From: the human T2T-CHM13v2.0 reference genome, Homo sapiens
Assembly: GCF_009914755.1 (NCBI RefSeq)
Contig: NC_060940.1
DNA: 64,000 nt
Direction: 5' to 3' (one strand)
Shown one piece after another: positions 15,708 through 31,294 of this stretch; position 1 is the stretch's first letter, and each line of letters starts with the position of its first letter. The notes beneath the pieces are model-generated. The model did no database searches. It was not told where the DNA came from and saw nothing but the letters and a program-made list of their open reading frames with translations. The translations under genes were made by a program, and so were the position numbers.

Positions 15708-16929
15708 TCAAGAATAACAGAGTTTGGATAAATCGGAGAGCAGTACTTCCTATGTGATTGCAAAGAGATAAAAATTCTATGTGTGTGTAGTGGGAATGCA
15801 TATACACACGTACATGTATGTTTGTGTGCACGCACGTGTGTGTACCCAGAAAGTAGACAATTAAGGGGGTTACATCACACATTGCCCTCTGTAAATCCAA
15901 TTTCTGAACATCAAAGCCTCACTCCGTGACATCTCTTTGAAGAACGAAGGCACTGCAGGACCCTGCTCACGGTTCAGCTACTCGGGACTGGAAATGAGTG
16001 TTTTAAATGGAGACCAGAGCCGCTGTGCACCTGCTTGTTAAAATACAGATTTCCAGGCCCATCCAACCTATGGCATCAACATCCCAGGTGACAGGGGCCT
16101 CTAGCTCAAAGCCCAGTGTTTGGTTATTTTTATACAATATTTTTATAATAATACACATTCTGCTACCAACACTCCCCATATATTAAGTATTAGTAAACAT
16201 TGAATTTTTTTTTTAGATTAAAAAAAAAGACTTGGCAGTATTTTTTTCTTACCAACAAGGGATTTTCTTGTGGTCCTCACTTTGAGACTCCTGATCTACA
16301 GATGACAATCATCAGCAGGTTGCCAAGGATTTCCCACTTCTCATCTCTCAACTGAGCTCTTGGGTCAAGTTAATCTAAGGCAGAATTGCCTGATAATCCC
16401 TAAAGAATTGCTTCACAGTTGGTATCATTGATAAAACACAGGCACAGGTACACTAGCTGTGAAATACCAAATGTGCTTTATGTGCTCGTCTAAGGGGAGC
16501 CATCCCATCTAGCATCTGATGATTGTATCTCACTGTAAGTAGGGGCACCTCTGTGTAAAGTCGAAATTATTCCCACAGTGAAACTCTGGATCTCCTTGTG
16601 TAGCTGGAAAGTATTCAGTTGACACTCCAATGGTTTGCTGTACAAAGACAGTAGTTTCAGCCCCCAAAAAACAGTTAAAAACAGGTGTTACCACTTACCT
16701 TCAAAAACACACTTGGTCTGGTCATGTGTAAAAGGTATAAGATTTTCTAATATTGTTCATTTAAATGTTAGAGATGCCTGCCAAATGTCATGATTTACGT
16801 TTTATTATATACCTAGTCCAAGACATTCTTCCTAACCAAAAAGGGATGGACATAATAAGACATGTAAGAATCTGGGTCAGAGGTAGCAGGAACAGGTAAC
16901 CACCAGTGCCCAACCACTCAAATGCATAA

Positions 16930-17386
<457 letters not shown>

Positions 17387-17495
17387 TGAAATTAGCTATT
17401 AAAGTACATAACTTCCTAACTCAGCCATAGTCCTTACAAGAATTTTGGGAGCAAGGAAATCAGCTGGTAGAATCTCTTTGATGTTTCTTTAAAGC

Positions 17496-17692
17496 AGGGT
17501 CAGCAAAGTCTAAGACACAGACCAAATCTGGCCTACTGCCCATTTTTGTAAATAAAGTTTTATTGGAACACAGCCGCGCCTATCATTTCCATATCGCCTG
17601 TGCCCGTTCTCTGCTGCAGTGGCAGAGCTCAGTAGCTGCCACCGAGACCAGCTGGCCCAAGAAGCCGAAAATATTAACTCTCTGGCCCTTCC
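17496..17692. mobile_element. MER58A hAT DNA transposon
   Basis: cagggtcagcaaa...tttgtaaataaagttttattggaacacagcc...gaaaatattaactctctggccctt. Confidence 0.8.
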
Positions 17693-18114
17693 CACTTCAA
17701 AGCATCATTCATAAAACTTCAGTGTGATGTAGGAGAAGATAATCACGTCACATTCATGGCAAGAAAAAATACTCAGATCCAAGTAGACTGGCAGCAACCA
17801 AACATGCTGATGTGTGGGGCTGTTTTCTGTATTTTCTTCAGTGGTCTGGCAGTTGTCCCATTTTCTAGATGAGAAAACTGATCCTCAGAAAGGTCTCCAG
17901 GTGAGTAATCAGCGAGGCCAGCATTCACCATTGACTGCCTCCCTTACAGAAAAGGATAATAACAACATTTCAGTTTAGTATGACCTGATCCTGTAGGTGG
18001 CTTTACTGCAACTGAGAGTTGAACTGAAGGATCTGCATTTCTTTCTTTGACATCTGAAAATAAAGGAAATAAAACTACTGATATTGAAAGTAATAAAAAA
18101 TGAATATGAAATGA

Positions 18115-18441
<327 letters not shown>

Positions 18442-18772
18442 GGTTGTTGTAGTATAAAGTGCATGTCAGTGGCATGAAGTGGATGTGTAATTCTTCCCCT
18501 AGCACCCTCCCAGTGAGGCAAGCCGGCATTGCCATTAAGCTGTTTCTGTGGTTTTTCTAGCACGACTTTTATGGTATGGCAAGTCTCAAAAAAAGAACTT
18601 GTCGGGAAACCATTTCTGACCATTGCTTTCAGCTTAATTAACCAGTATTAGCAAGAATGTAAAAGGACAGATCAGGTGAACTATCTTAACAAATACCAAA
18701 AGTAAATGTCTCTATATGGAGGGTAAGATGTAGACAAACTCAGACACAATAAAGAAATTTAAAGAGGTGAGT

Positions 18773-19610
<838 letters not shown>

Positions 19611-20231
19611 TTATTTTTCAACGTATTGTTTGCATAAAACAAAATGCATCCGTTGCAAGTGTACAGTTTGATGCATTTTGGTAAGTGTACAGAATTTTAT
19701 ACCACGCCCTAGTCAAAATACAGTTTCCTTTGCTATTGATCCCCTTTCCGCAATCCAGGCTCTCATTGATCTGCTTTCTCTAATAATGGTTTTGTCTTTT
19801 CTAGAATGTCTTAAAGCGTACCAGTATTTTGTTCCTTTCTATTGCGAAACGTATTATGGACAGACACGGCCTGCAAAGGCATTAAACCCAGGTAGAGTGG
19901 GCTGTCTTCGGCCTGCAGACGGCCGCGGTCATGCTTTGCAGAGGAGCTGTGGCCCCTTAAAGTGACATGACATTATGGACAATGACAGTTGATCCTTGGG
20001 GGCTTTCCATGCACCTTGCGCATGCAAGCTAAGGGCTTTACATAAATTAAATAAATTTCCTCAAGTAACCATCTCAATAGCCCTGGGACGAGTCACTTAT
20101 GTTATCATCTAAATTGACTTAAAACAGGAATTTGAGACTCTAATTTGAAAACAAGAGATTGGAGCCTATTTAGTGGATTTTATGCAGCCAAAGATGTTTC
20201 TTGTTGTTGTTGTTGTTCTTGCTTTTAACTA

Positions 20232-20423
20232 ATTTGCCTCCCAGGAGACAGTTGAAATGTCTAGAGACATTTTGATTATTATGCCTGGCAGGACGCCACT
20301 AGTGGCATCTAGTGGATGGAGGGTAAGGGTGCTGCTAAGCGTCCTCCCATACACAGGACAGCACCCCCCACAAAGAATTATCCAACCCCAAATGTCAGTA
20401 GTGCTGAGGCTGAGAAACCCCAC
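20232..20423. mobile_element. MER20 DNA transposon
   Basis: aatgtctagagacattttg...tggcatctagtgg...aaagaattatcc...gtgctgaggctgagaaaccc. Confidence 0.85.
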
Positions 20424-20619
20424 TCTGCTCTCTAACCAAAATTAGACACAGAAAGTGGAGACATTCTACCACCCTGACAACATCAATGGCTTTTGCCCAT
20501 TTAAAACAAGAAAGAGGAATATGTATCCAACCCAAAACAACATCTTAACATTCTTTCTAATAGGCTTTTGCAAAAATAGTTCATATTTTATAACTGTCTT
20601 GCAGCATGGGGTATAAGTG

Positions 20620-20683
20620 TAATCATTGTAAAAATGAAACCTAATCATTGTAAAAATGAAACCTAATCATGGTAAAAATGAAA
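20620..20683. repeat. 22-bp tandem repeat, about 2.9 copies
   Basis: Unit taatcattgtaaaaatgaaacc. Confidence 0.9.
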
Positions 20684-21320
20684 AGAGTGCCTCAAAACAT
20701 CTGAAGTTCTTAGCAGAGGGCAGCCTGTCTTCAGTGGGCACTTTTGGATGGAGGCAGGACTAGGGTATCAGTAGGAGTGAGAACAAAGGTCAGAAAAATG
20801 AGTACACAGCACATGTATACTGATTAATTTCTTTCTTTTTTCCTTCTTTTGATGGAGCAAGACTGTAACAGAAGCCTGAGAGTGAGGAAGGGCTTTGGCA
20901 ACTATTACTGTAGACACAGTAGTTTACTCAATTTTATGAACTCTTAGTCCTGGGCTGGAATTCACGCCTCTGCTGGAATTGCACAGACAAAACGTGCTTG
21001 CGAGGAGTAAGGTGGCAACAAAAGAAAAATGCAGGCAAAAACACGCCTCATTTTGAAACCGGATCTGAGCATCCTAGAGCCAGAGCCTCTCCCAGCCAAC
21101 ATTGCTGAGTTGAGCAGAGTGACAGACTCCACACTGGAGCCAGCCCCGCAGCTGGCCATAAGGAGGAGCCACGAGCAGGTGCTGGGAAGACAGGCTCTTG
21201 AACGCACACTATGCTGATGTCTCTTTCTGTGAAGTTTTCTACATGAGTGACGTTCTCAAAGTCTGCAACACAGTCTGCCATGAGATGCCTTTTTTCCTCT
21301 GGGAACACAATGCTACTTTC

Positions 21321-21991
21321 GTGATTGGCTGAGTAATGGCCCCCAAAGATGTACTCTTCATCCTAATCCCTGGAACCTGTAAACATGTTACCTTATATGG
21401 CAAAAGAGACTTCGGGCAGGCACCTGTCATCCCAGATACTCAGGAGGCTGAGGCAAAAGAATCGCTCAAACCTGGGAGGCGGAGGTTGCAGGGAGCCAAG
21501 ATTGTGCCAATGCACTCCAGCCTGAGCAACAAAGTGAGACTCTGTCTCTAAAAAAAAAAAAAAAATTTCTCAGATGTGACTCAGTGAAGGATTTTGAGAT
21601 GGGGAGAGTATCTTGGATTAGCCAGGTGAGCCTGATATAATCACAGAGTCCTTATAAGAGGGACAAAGGAAGAGTCGATTAGAAACAGACCATGTGATGA
21701 CAGAAACAGAGGGAGGTCAGAGGTGAAAAAGAGAAGATGCTGCAGTGCTGCCTCTGAAGATGAAGGAAGGGGCCATGAGCCAAGGGATGCAGGCAACCCT
21801 TAGAGGCCAGGAAAGGCAAGGGAACGGATGCTTTCCTAGAGCCTCCAGAAGGAGCACAGCCTGGTCAACACTGATTTGAGCCCCATAAGACTGAGCTCAG
21901 TCTTCTGACTTCCAGAACTGTAAGAGAATAGATTCGTGTTGTTTGCACTTTATGGCCATTTGTTACAGGAGCAACAGGAAATTAACATACC
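21321..21991 (+). mobile_element. MLT1D-like LTR interrupted by an Alu right arm (21415-21565)
   Basis: taatggcccccaaagatgt...cctaatccctggaacctgt...tttgttacaggagcaacaggaaa. Confidence 0.85.
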
Positions 21992-21998
21992 ATGTTTG

Positions 21999-22299
21999 GG
22001 CCAGGTGCAGTGGCTCACAGGTGAGCCTATAACCCCCAGCACTTTGGGAGGCCAAGATGGGAGGATCGCTTGAGGCCAGGAGTTCAAGAACAGCCTGGAC
22101 AACATGGCGAAACTCCATCTCTATAAAAAATGCAAAAATTAGCCAGGCATGGCGGTGCATGCCTGTAGTCCCAGCTCCTCCGGAGACTAAGGTGGGAGGA
22201 TCGCTTGAGCCCAGGAGGCAGGGGTTGCAGTGAGCCAAGATTGTACCACTACACTCCAGCTGGGGCAACAGAATGAGACCCTGTCTCAAAATAAAAACA
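21999..22299 (+). mobile_element. AluJ
   Basis: Dimer with J diagnostics. Confidence 0.92.
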
Positions 22300-22757
22300 T
22301 ATCATGTTTGAAGAACCACCAATAGGTATCTTGCTCTGTGACTTGTGATCCTTAAGTCAACATATATATATATATATAGTCACAGGAAGTCGATACATAT
22401 ATGGGATAATCACCAATCTCTAAGATACATAGCATGCTCATAAAATAGCCAAGCTCTGTGCTGAGAGACAAAGACATAAGGCTCATTGGTAACGGTGGTA
22501 ATAGCAGCTCTCGGTCTGAGCGATGTTTGGCATCTGAAGTCACCATTAGCATTTTCAGAGAAGTCCAGCTTTTTACCATATAACCATTCATTCTGTCTTC
22601 CAATGTGATCCTTAAGGAAAAAAAAAATTCCCCCATAGTCGTGTGATGTTTAAAATGTGTTTATTATACCTTGCCTGTCATTTTTCTGGCTTTTAGCTAA
22701 AATGTTTTGAATTGAGTGGTGATATTCCCGACTTAACTCTGAACCCTCTCTATTCAG

Positions 22758-22765
22758 GTCTGTGA
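22758..22765 (+). CDS. CDH13: Cadherin-13 last exon, coding part only (GT CTG TGA, completing Cys-Leu-stop)
   Basis: Acceptor ctctctattcAG at 22756-22757. T+GT CTG TGA gives the known T-cadherin end ...SLACL*. Confidence 0.95.
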
Positions 22766-24301
22766 GAACTCCTGACGTCTGAAGCTTGACTCCCAAGTTT
22801 CCATAGCAACAGGAAAAAAAAAAATCTATCCAAATCTGAAGATTGCGGTTTACAGCTATCGAACTTCACAACTAGGCCTCAATTGTTCCGGTTTTTTATT
22901 TTCTTTACAATTTCACTTAGTCTGTACTTCATCATTTTGACAGCATCTTCCTCCCTCCTTTAATTAATGGAATCTTCTGAATTTTCCCTGAATGTTTAAA
23001 GATCATGACATATGACTTGATCTTCTGGGAGCAGGAACAATGACTACTTTTTCTGGTGTGTTAACATGTCGCTAGCCAGTGCTCCAGGCACCCAGCTTTG
23101 TCTGTGGGTTAGTATTGGTGTATGTATGAGTATCTGTATGTATATATACACGGTATTTATAGAGAGAGACTATCCTGGAGAAGCCTCGTTTTGATGCCAT
23201 TCTTCCTTGCAAGGTTAAGCAAGGTGGGTGGAAACTAAGACACCTGAACCCTCCAGGGCCTCCCGCATCAAGGTCAGCATGAGGACAGACCACAGAGCTG
23301 TCACTTTTGCTCCGAAGCTACTTCTCCACTGTCCCGTTCAGTCTGAATGCTGCCACAACCAGCCAGGCAGGTCCACAGAGAGGGAGAGCAGAGAAAGAAG
23401 TCCTTTCTCTTTATTGAGTTCGAGGACTACAACCAATTTACACTGCCATCTGATGCCGTGATCCTGAGCCAAGGAGGTGAGGAGCAGAGCAGGCAATTTC
23501 ACCACCAAATGCCAAGAAAAGGGCTGACATTTTCTTTCATGGGCACCAACCTGCATTTGTATGTGTCCCGAATCCACAGTCGTACTGATTCTAATGGGGA
23601 CACAGATCATGGTAGAGAATCTCTCCCTCCTCAGTAAATGTACAACTGCACCTGTCATCATGGAGGTCATACATGCATACAAAGAGGTGTACAGGTACCA
23701 TCTTGTATACACATATATACCCACATGTACAGACATACATTTATGCACATTCACGCTGTTTGTTTCATATATACAGGCATAAAATAGAGTAAATACAGGT
23801 AGTTTTAAAAGTACCCTTTTGTGTGAATTGACTACCGTTGTTTGCAAACCCGAAAATAAAAGACGTTCATTATGTATGAAAAGTAACTGATTTGTATTCT
23901 GTGAGCATGTAAAAGCGGAAAGTTAGTGCTTGTTTTAAGATTACCTTCTTGTTGATAAACCATAAATGAATCATCAAAGCTCACACCAAATTTTTCTATC
24001 AAATAAAACTAGTGACAGCTTGTGGCTTTTTATTAGAGCTCGCCACGAACTAGGGTAAGGTGAGTGTCTTAGCATATTTTAATGCAGTTGCTTACTAAAG
24101 GTTTTAACCGCACATGCACACACACACGCTTTCTTATGCAATCTATGTTTGCACTTGTGCTTTCAGTTAGCCTTCTGTAGGAAGTAGAAGTCATATGTTG
24201 TCTTTGTTGTAGTGAAATTATACAGATAGAGTTCCATATATTGTATTTGTTTCAATGGTAAATCCTTTTGGAACATATAGAATGCAGAGATTTTTTTTTC
24301 C

Positions 24302-24312
24302 ATTAAAATAAA
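24302..24312 (+). terminator. CDH13: CDH13 proximal poly(A) signal (overlapping ATTAAA/AATAAA)
   Basis: cATTAAAATAAAtgg followed about 35 nt later by tgttctctgatttctatcttgtgt. Confidence 0.75.
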
Positions 24313-26763
24313 TGGGTATTGGTGGTTAAAACTGCTGGACAGTAACTGTTCTCTGATTTCTATCTTGTGTCCAATGTCACTGATGTTGGGTCTTGTCTTA
24401 GTGCAAGTTCACATTTTTGACAGACCATTTGGGGTCCGTCGTACATCTCTGGTTGGTGAGTGAGTCTATGAAGACAGAAGTACCAGTTCTCAGCATGGGC
24501 CATGGACTCATCTTGTCCACCTCATGATATGATCTGAGGGTGTCATAATCAGCTATAAAGGTAATTGCATACTCAAAGATGAGACGGACCATTCTCAGTT
24601 GATGACCACATTAAGCATAGTCATGGCCATCTGTCAACAGTCCCAAGACCTGGGGATTTTTCTCTGGAACAAATCCTGTTGCTGGATCAGGAGATGCCAC
24701 ACCTTGAACTTGATAGGGTCATTCTCCACGAGCACATGCCCCCGACTCAGGGACAGGGGAATCTAAGCCTGTGCATTCACACTCCACAAGATTTCCTCTA
24801 CTGGCTTTACAGGGCACTGTCACGCGTCTCCCGGGCGCACCTTGCTCCCCTCTTCCTGCAAGGCAGGGGGAGAACGTTCATCCTTGAACAAACAAAGAGC
24901 ATCCTCAGCCAGTCAGGCGGCTGGTAGCCGGACACATATGCTAACTGGCAATCAGGAAGTCACCCTCCAATGTAAACTTCAGCCACATGCAGGGAGAAAC
25001 ACAGCAGCTGAGTGGCCATTCACTCAAGGAAACAAATACAGCATGACTCCTTTTCTCTCAAGCTGGTAGGCTCTCCTGCACTTTGTGAACCGAACCAGAA
25101 GATTAACTTCGCTGAAAATTCAGAAAAATAGGAGTAAAGTGCACACTTCATTAATAAATAGAATATGCCTCAACTTTCCCTTATTTAAACATATTCTCTG
25201 TCCCCACAGTTCTAATCAGGACAGAGATACTTCTGTCATGTTGTTCCTCCTAATAGTTTCCAGAAAAAAAGGAAAATAAACCAATTCTTATAGGCCAAAG
25301 TGGTAGCATTTCCTGAATCATAAGATGTTTTGTTCATTTGCTGGAATATATTACATTGTTTACTGAAAACCATAGTAGAATCAAAATGTTATTTCATTAT
25401 TACCTATGCATTTTATCTGAGTCCAACTTATTAAAAAACGAAGTCAAGTAAGGACCAGAAATTGCTTTTCCCAATTACTGAGCACAGGTCTGAGGGTTTT
25501 ATTTCCACTGAGCAAATAGTCACACCTTCACTTCTTTTTATTAATACTCAACCAACTTAGTTGATTAAAAATCACATTTTCTCCCTCATTTTACATACGA
25601 TAAATTAATTATTTTGGATAATTTGTTTTAATAAGAATATGCACACATTTTCTAATTTCAATAAAAGTCACCTTCAATACCGCCAGTTCTCTCCAAATGA
25701 GCATCATTCCAGGCAGATATACCTGCTGTGCCTCTTGGCCGACACCAGCAAATCTAAGCATTATAACGAAATAAATCCAGCCAGATTTCATGGTAGGTAT
25801 CAAATAAGACTTTGGCTCTTAAAGTACATCGTTAGAAATTTTGATAGCTCATTCCAGAGTTTCATAATGTCATTTAAAACAGTCTGATAAATAGAACAAC
25901 CATCTACCATCACACTCATAGAGTAGCTCAAATTGCATTTTACCCAAATAAATACACTGGGTCTTAATCTTAAGATGTGACAACTAAAAAATTTTTAACA
26001 AGTCTGTGTTTGATCCTGGATTTAGTGCAGTTGCACCCAGGCACGAGCTCTCCAGATGATTCTGAGGAAAGGAGTCTACAATTTTCCTAGGGGGTGTATG
26101 AACATGGTACCAAAAAGGTGATTAATAATTATAATAATGGTTTATATTTATCAACTGCTTATTATGTGCCCACACTGTACAAAATCCTTACAGATAGTAA
26201 CTCATTAATCCCTCCAGTAACATATGAGACAAGCACTACTATCTTCTCCAACTCACAGATAAAGAAGGCTGAGGCTCAGAAAAATTGAATGGCTTGCCCA
26301 AGGTAAGTGGCCTCCAGAACCAAACCTCAGGCTATCTGGCTCCAGGGTTCATGTTCTTCCGACAACATCACAATGCCACTCTCAACCCAGGAGCAAAACC
26401 AGACAAAGTGCCTACTGCAGACCGGAAGACCCTCGTTTGAAGCCTCCATTAGCGTGACTATGCAGCTAGACCAACTTACTGTTAAGCAACAGTACCTTTT
26501 ACTATGAGGTACCCTTTACTATTAAGTACCTTTTACTAACAGTATCTTCTGTTACCTATTATTAAGTTCATGCTATACTTCTTCAATCTGAAAGCTTTCT
26601 GTTAAAAAAAAAATGTTAACAACGTTCTAAATTAATATTGAGACCTTAGAAATTTTTCCTGTGCAAGATAACGTAATTATTTGCCCCTTCCCTTCCATGG
26701 CTTGTTAGCAGGTAGATGAGGGGCTTCTCCTAGATTAATTTAACATCTCAGTTAATCAAAAGT

Positions 26764-27062
26764 AGCCGGGCATGGTGACTCATGCCTGTAATCCCAGCCC
26801 TTTGGGAGGCAGAGGCGGGTGGATCACTTAAGGTCAGGAGTTCAAGACCAGCCTGGCCAGCATGGTGAAACCCTATCTCTACTAAAAAATACAAAAATTA
26901 GCTGGGTGTGGTGGTGCACACCTGAAACCCCAGCTACTCAGGAGGCTGAGGCAGGAGAATCGCTTGAACCCAGGAGGCAGAGTTTGCAGTGAGCCATTGC
27001 ACTCCAGCCTGGGCAACAGAGCAAGACTCCGTCAAAAAAAAAAAAAAAAAAAAGAAAGAAAA
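26764..27062 (+). mobile_element. Alu (S-type) within extended CDH13 3'UTR
   Basis: Full dimer. Confidence 0.95.
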
Positions 27063-28345
27063 GGAAATTTATGAACTCCAGAGTACCCATTCACTACCAA
27101 ACCAACTGAGGGGAGAGAAAACTGAGGGAGAAAGTGGGGTGGGGTCTCAAAGGGTTTGCGCTGTGCTTTGCTATAAATTATTCAAAGGGGCAAATTCTAA
27201 AGGATCTCTAAGTAGTTGCTGATTTTGTAAAGGTAGCCCATAAATCTGTTTACTTGTAGCTGCCTTAAACATGAGTCAACAGGGTAAGTCACACCAACAG
27301 GAAACCCAAGCACTAAAAAAGCCACCTACCTTTTCTGTTTACCAAATACTAAGAATAATAATCTAATAATCTGGCTACATCTTTCATAAAGACCTCCATC
27401 TTCTCTCCTTAACTGACTGTTGAGATTTGATAATTTTCACAGTCTAATGATAAAATGCTTTCAAAATGGTTCATCTAACACAATTAACAATTCTTTTACT
27501 ATATGCAATGTGTTACCCTTACTATATTTCCTATTGCTAATAGATTAGCCCACTATTGAAAAAATTCTGCAGTTGTGACCGTGTTCACATGAAAGCATAT
27601 ACAAGACATGGAGAGACAGCAAAAAATGGTGGGAATGGGTGTGTGTATGAGGGTTTCAGATAAGAACTTCAATTATATAATTTAAGAGTAAGTCTATAAT
27701 TTAAGCAGAAATAATTGAGATACTCATCAAATTAAGTAAGCGGAAAAATTTCCTCTCTCTCATACTATGTTGCTATCATCACATCTATCGTTGGAGGGTT
27801 GCTGAGCTTGATAAGCCTTTGAACCATTTTATTTGACTTTCCACGTGCCGTCTCATTGGTAGGGAGATGGTGAAAAGCGTTGGGTGGTGTAGGACGAGGG
27901 AGGTTTTCACTCTGAAGCTATGAAGATTTGGAGAAAGGGGCTTATAGAAGCACTATGAAAATAAACTGGAGACTATTTTTTTGCTACTTTTTAAAAAGCT
28001 TTTTCTTTAGAGAGTACTAAAGCCATTCTATATCTGTCGTACACATGAATTCAGACTATTATTAGAGAGTTATATCTGTGTTGTCATGCACATGTCAACA
28101 CTGTCCTGATGACAAAATTTTATGTATCCCCCCAGATAAAAATTTTAAGAAATTTTAAATGCTTTTTATTCACACACACTTTTCAAAAGGGATAAAAGTT
28201 AATCATGTTAAAATATTCAGTCTATGGCAGATGTCGCTCCTTTGGGCCCTCACTGCTGAATTGCTTACAGTTTCTGAGCTGTAAACTAACATTTGCTTTA
28301 CTATGTAGTTACAGAGAAATGTGCAACTTGTTTGTGAAACATTCA

Positions 28346-28351
28346 AATAAA
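28346..28351 (+). terminator. CDH13: CDH13 distal poly(A) signal
   Basis: AATAAA with GT-rich cttgtgtgtttagt about 20 nt downstream. Confidence 0.65.
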
Positions 28352-28513
28352 GCTTATCTGGGATTTTTAACTTGTGTGTTTAGTCTTAGACCATCTTTAG
28401 TACAGTCTGGTCTAAACACTGTGACAGAGCAAAGGGACCTTTTTTTCCAATGGTGCACAGTGTCATGGGTGCAACTGGCTGGTGCCGGTGTTGTGGATGG
28501 TAAAAGAATTTAC

Positions 28514-28990
<477 letters not shown>

Positions 28991-29314
28991 TTACACTTGG
29001 AGTGAGGTAGTTGTGCCAGCGGCTTGTTTGTGATTAGCTGTCTCTTGGAACAGTTGTTCCCTACCTGGGACCCCCCTTCCTCATTGTTGCTTACTTATCA
29101 GGACTCCACACCAGGTTAGCCTATGATGTTTAAAAACCAAGACTAAAACCAAGTGCTGCCTGCTTAATAATTGGCTCTCTTCTGCTTCTTTCATAAAAGT
29201 CAATCATTCTGATTTGGAAAAACAGATATATAGATGATAGAAGGATAGATGGATAGATGATAGAGAGAGAGAGATAGAAAGAGAGAGAAGATAGCAAGAA
29301 GGTTAGTGAGATCA

Positions 29315-29671
<357 letters not shown>

Positions 29672-31003
29672 CTACGGGCCGGATACTTTACGTATCTATA
29701 TAGATGTGTATATACATATTACCTTGTAGTTATATTTGTAATTTATGTGTAATACATAATTATATATCATATACATAATTTATGTAATAGACATTAGCAC
29801 CATTCTATAGATGAAGAAACTGAGGTTCACACAGTTAAAACTATCTCACAGTAGGTCTCACGACTACTAAGTGATATGCATGGCCCCACCCTGGCACTTT
29901 TCTTGCTATATGCTAAGGCAGCACCACCCCATTTATCTCCAGGAACAAACTGTGTCATCACAAACAATGCATGAAAGTGCTGAGGACTAAGCAAGTTGTC
30001 AATGATGGGGGATGAAGCAGAGGAAACCCAAACTTGCAAATCTGGTCTATAAGAAAACTTTCCTTCCCCCTAGGCAGTCTGTCTCCAGGAAACTGCTAGT
30101 TTGGGTAAATAAATAGCAAACGGATGCCTTGGCAGCCAGTCATAGAGACGCTAATTTGGAAATTTGCCTCAAAAGAACATAAGAAACAGAAACCAATGCT
30201 TCAATCCGAAAGCAAGAGAACGTGAAATTGTCAGAACAACCACCGATCACACCATTCTCCCCGAGAAAAGCAATTTTCTAGGTTTTTGTTTGTTTGTTTG
30301 TTGTTGTTTGATTTTTTTACAAACAAGTCCTCAAAGAGACCTCCTTGTGCTTTGGTAATGCGAGGCAAAATATCCACTCATTCTAACCAGGGCACACCCT
30401 TGAGAGGGTAGCAACGCTGGATTTTTACATGGGAATCCAAGCCAAGAAGACTGGTACCAGGATGGTGGTGTTTCTAGATTAAATCTGCCGTTCTGTGTCT
30501 GTAACTAAGCCCTACCTTTGCTTGGATGATGACTGTCCTGCCCCAGCCCCTCCTCGTGCCAGCGGGACAGCATCCTCCTCCTGAGGCTTACTAGCACCTG
30601 AAGGATTGTTCTGTGAAAAACAGGGACCCAGCACCTGCTGACATCCCTCAGCATCCTCTCTGAGTTTATCCCCACGGAGAAGAAGCAAGTCGATGTTACC
30701 CTGATGCAGTCATAGTTCCTGTGCTTCCCCTTATCAAATTTTGTAACCATGTTGTTTCACAGCACACGCAATGTCTTCACCCTTTGGCTCCCTGCCTTCT
30801 TTCAAGGCAGGATTTTCTAAACTTTAATCCCAAGGGAATATCGTCCCTATTTAGCCGTCTCCCTGTCTCATCTCTCAGCACCTTCACTAACTCTGCCACA
30901 CTGAAATGCCACCTGTACCATCAGCTACAACTCTAGTTTTAAACTACGTAATTTTACATTTATAATTTTGGCTTGAATTTATTTTAAAAGAAGCTGGTAC
31001 ATT

Positions 31004-31294
31004 GGCCGGGCATGGTAGCTCATACCTATCAACCCAGCATTTGGAGAGGCCAAGGCAGGTAGGTAGATGGTTTGAGCCCAAGAGTTCAAGACCAGCCTAG
31101 ACAACATGGCGAAACTCCATCTCTACAAAAAATACAAAGATTAGACAAGCGTAATGGTGCATACCTGTCGCAGGAGGATTGCTGGAGTCTGAGAGGTTGA
31201 GGTTACAGGGAGCCATGACTGCGCCACTGCACTCCAGCCTGGGTGACAGAGTGAGACCCTGTCTCAAAAAAAAAAAAGAAAAAAGAAAAAGAAA
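31004..31294 (+). mobile_element. AluJ (small internal deletion)
   Basis: Dimer with J diagnostics. Confidence 0.9.

Larger units (their letters stand above)
22766..28375 (+). other. CDH13: CDH13 3'UTR (short forms end near 23.9-24.3 kb, long form near 28.37 kb)
   Basis: Follows the stop codon. AATAAA at 23855, 24002, 24307 and 28346, the last two followed by GT/T-rich sequence. The distal end agrees with my recollection of a roughly 5.6 kb last exon. Confidence 0.7.

Noticed and set aside
16693-16702. Perfect minus-strand donor AAG|GTAAGT
   Set aside because: No convincing partner acceptor nearby. Isolated donors occur by chance.
22344-22616. 13-bp direct repeat tgtgatccttaag about 260 bp apart, resembling a TSD
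   Set aside because: The enclosed sequence has no poly(A) or element hallmarks, and one such match is plausible by chance in 64 kb.
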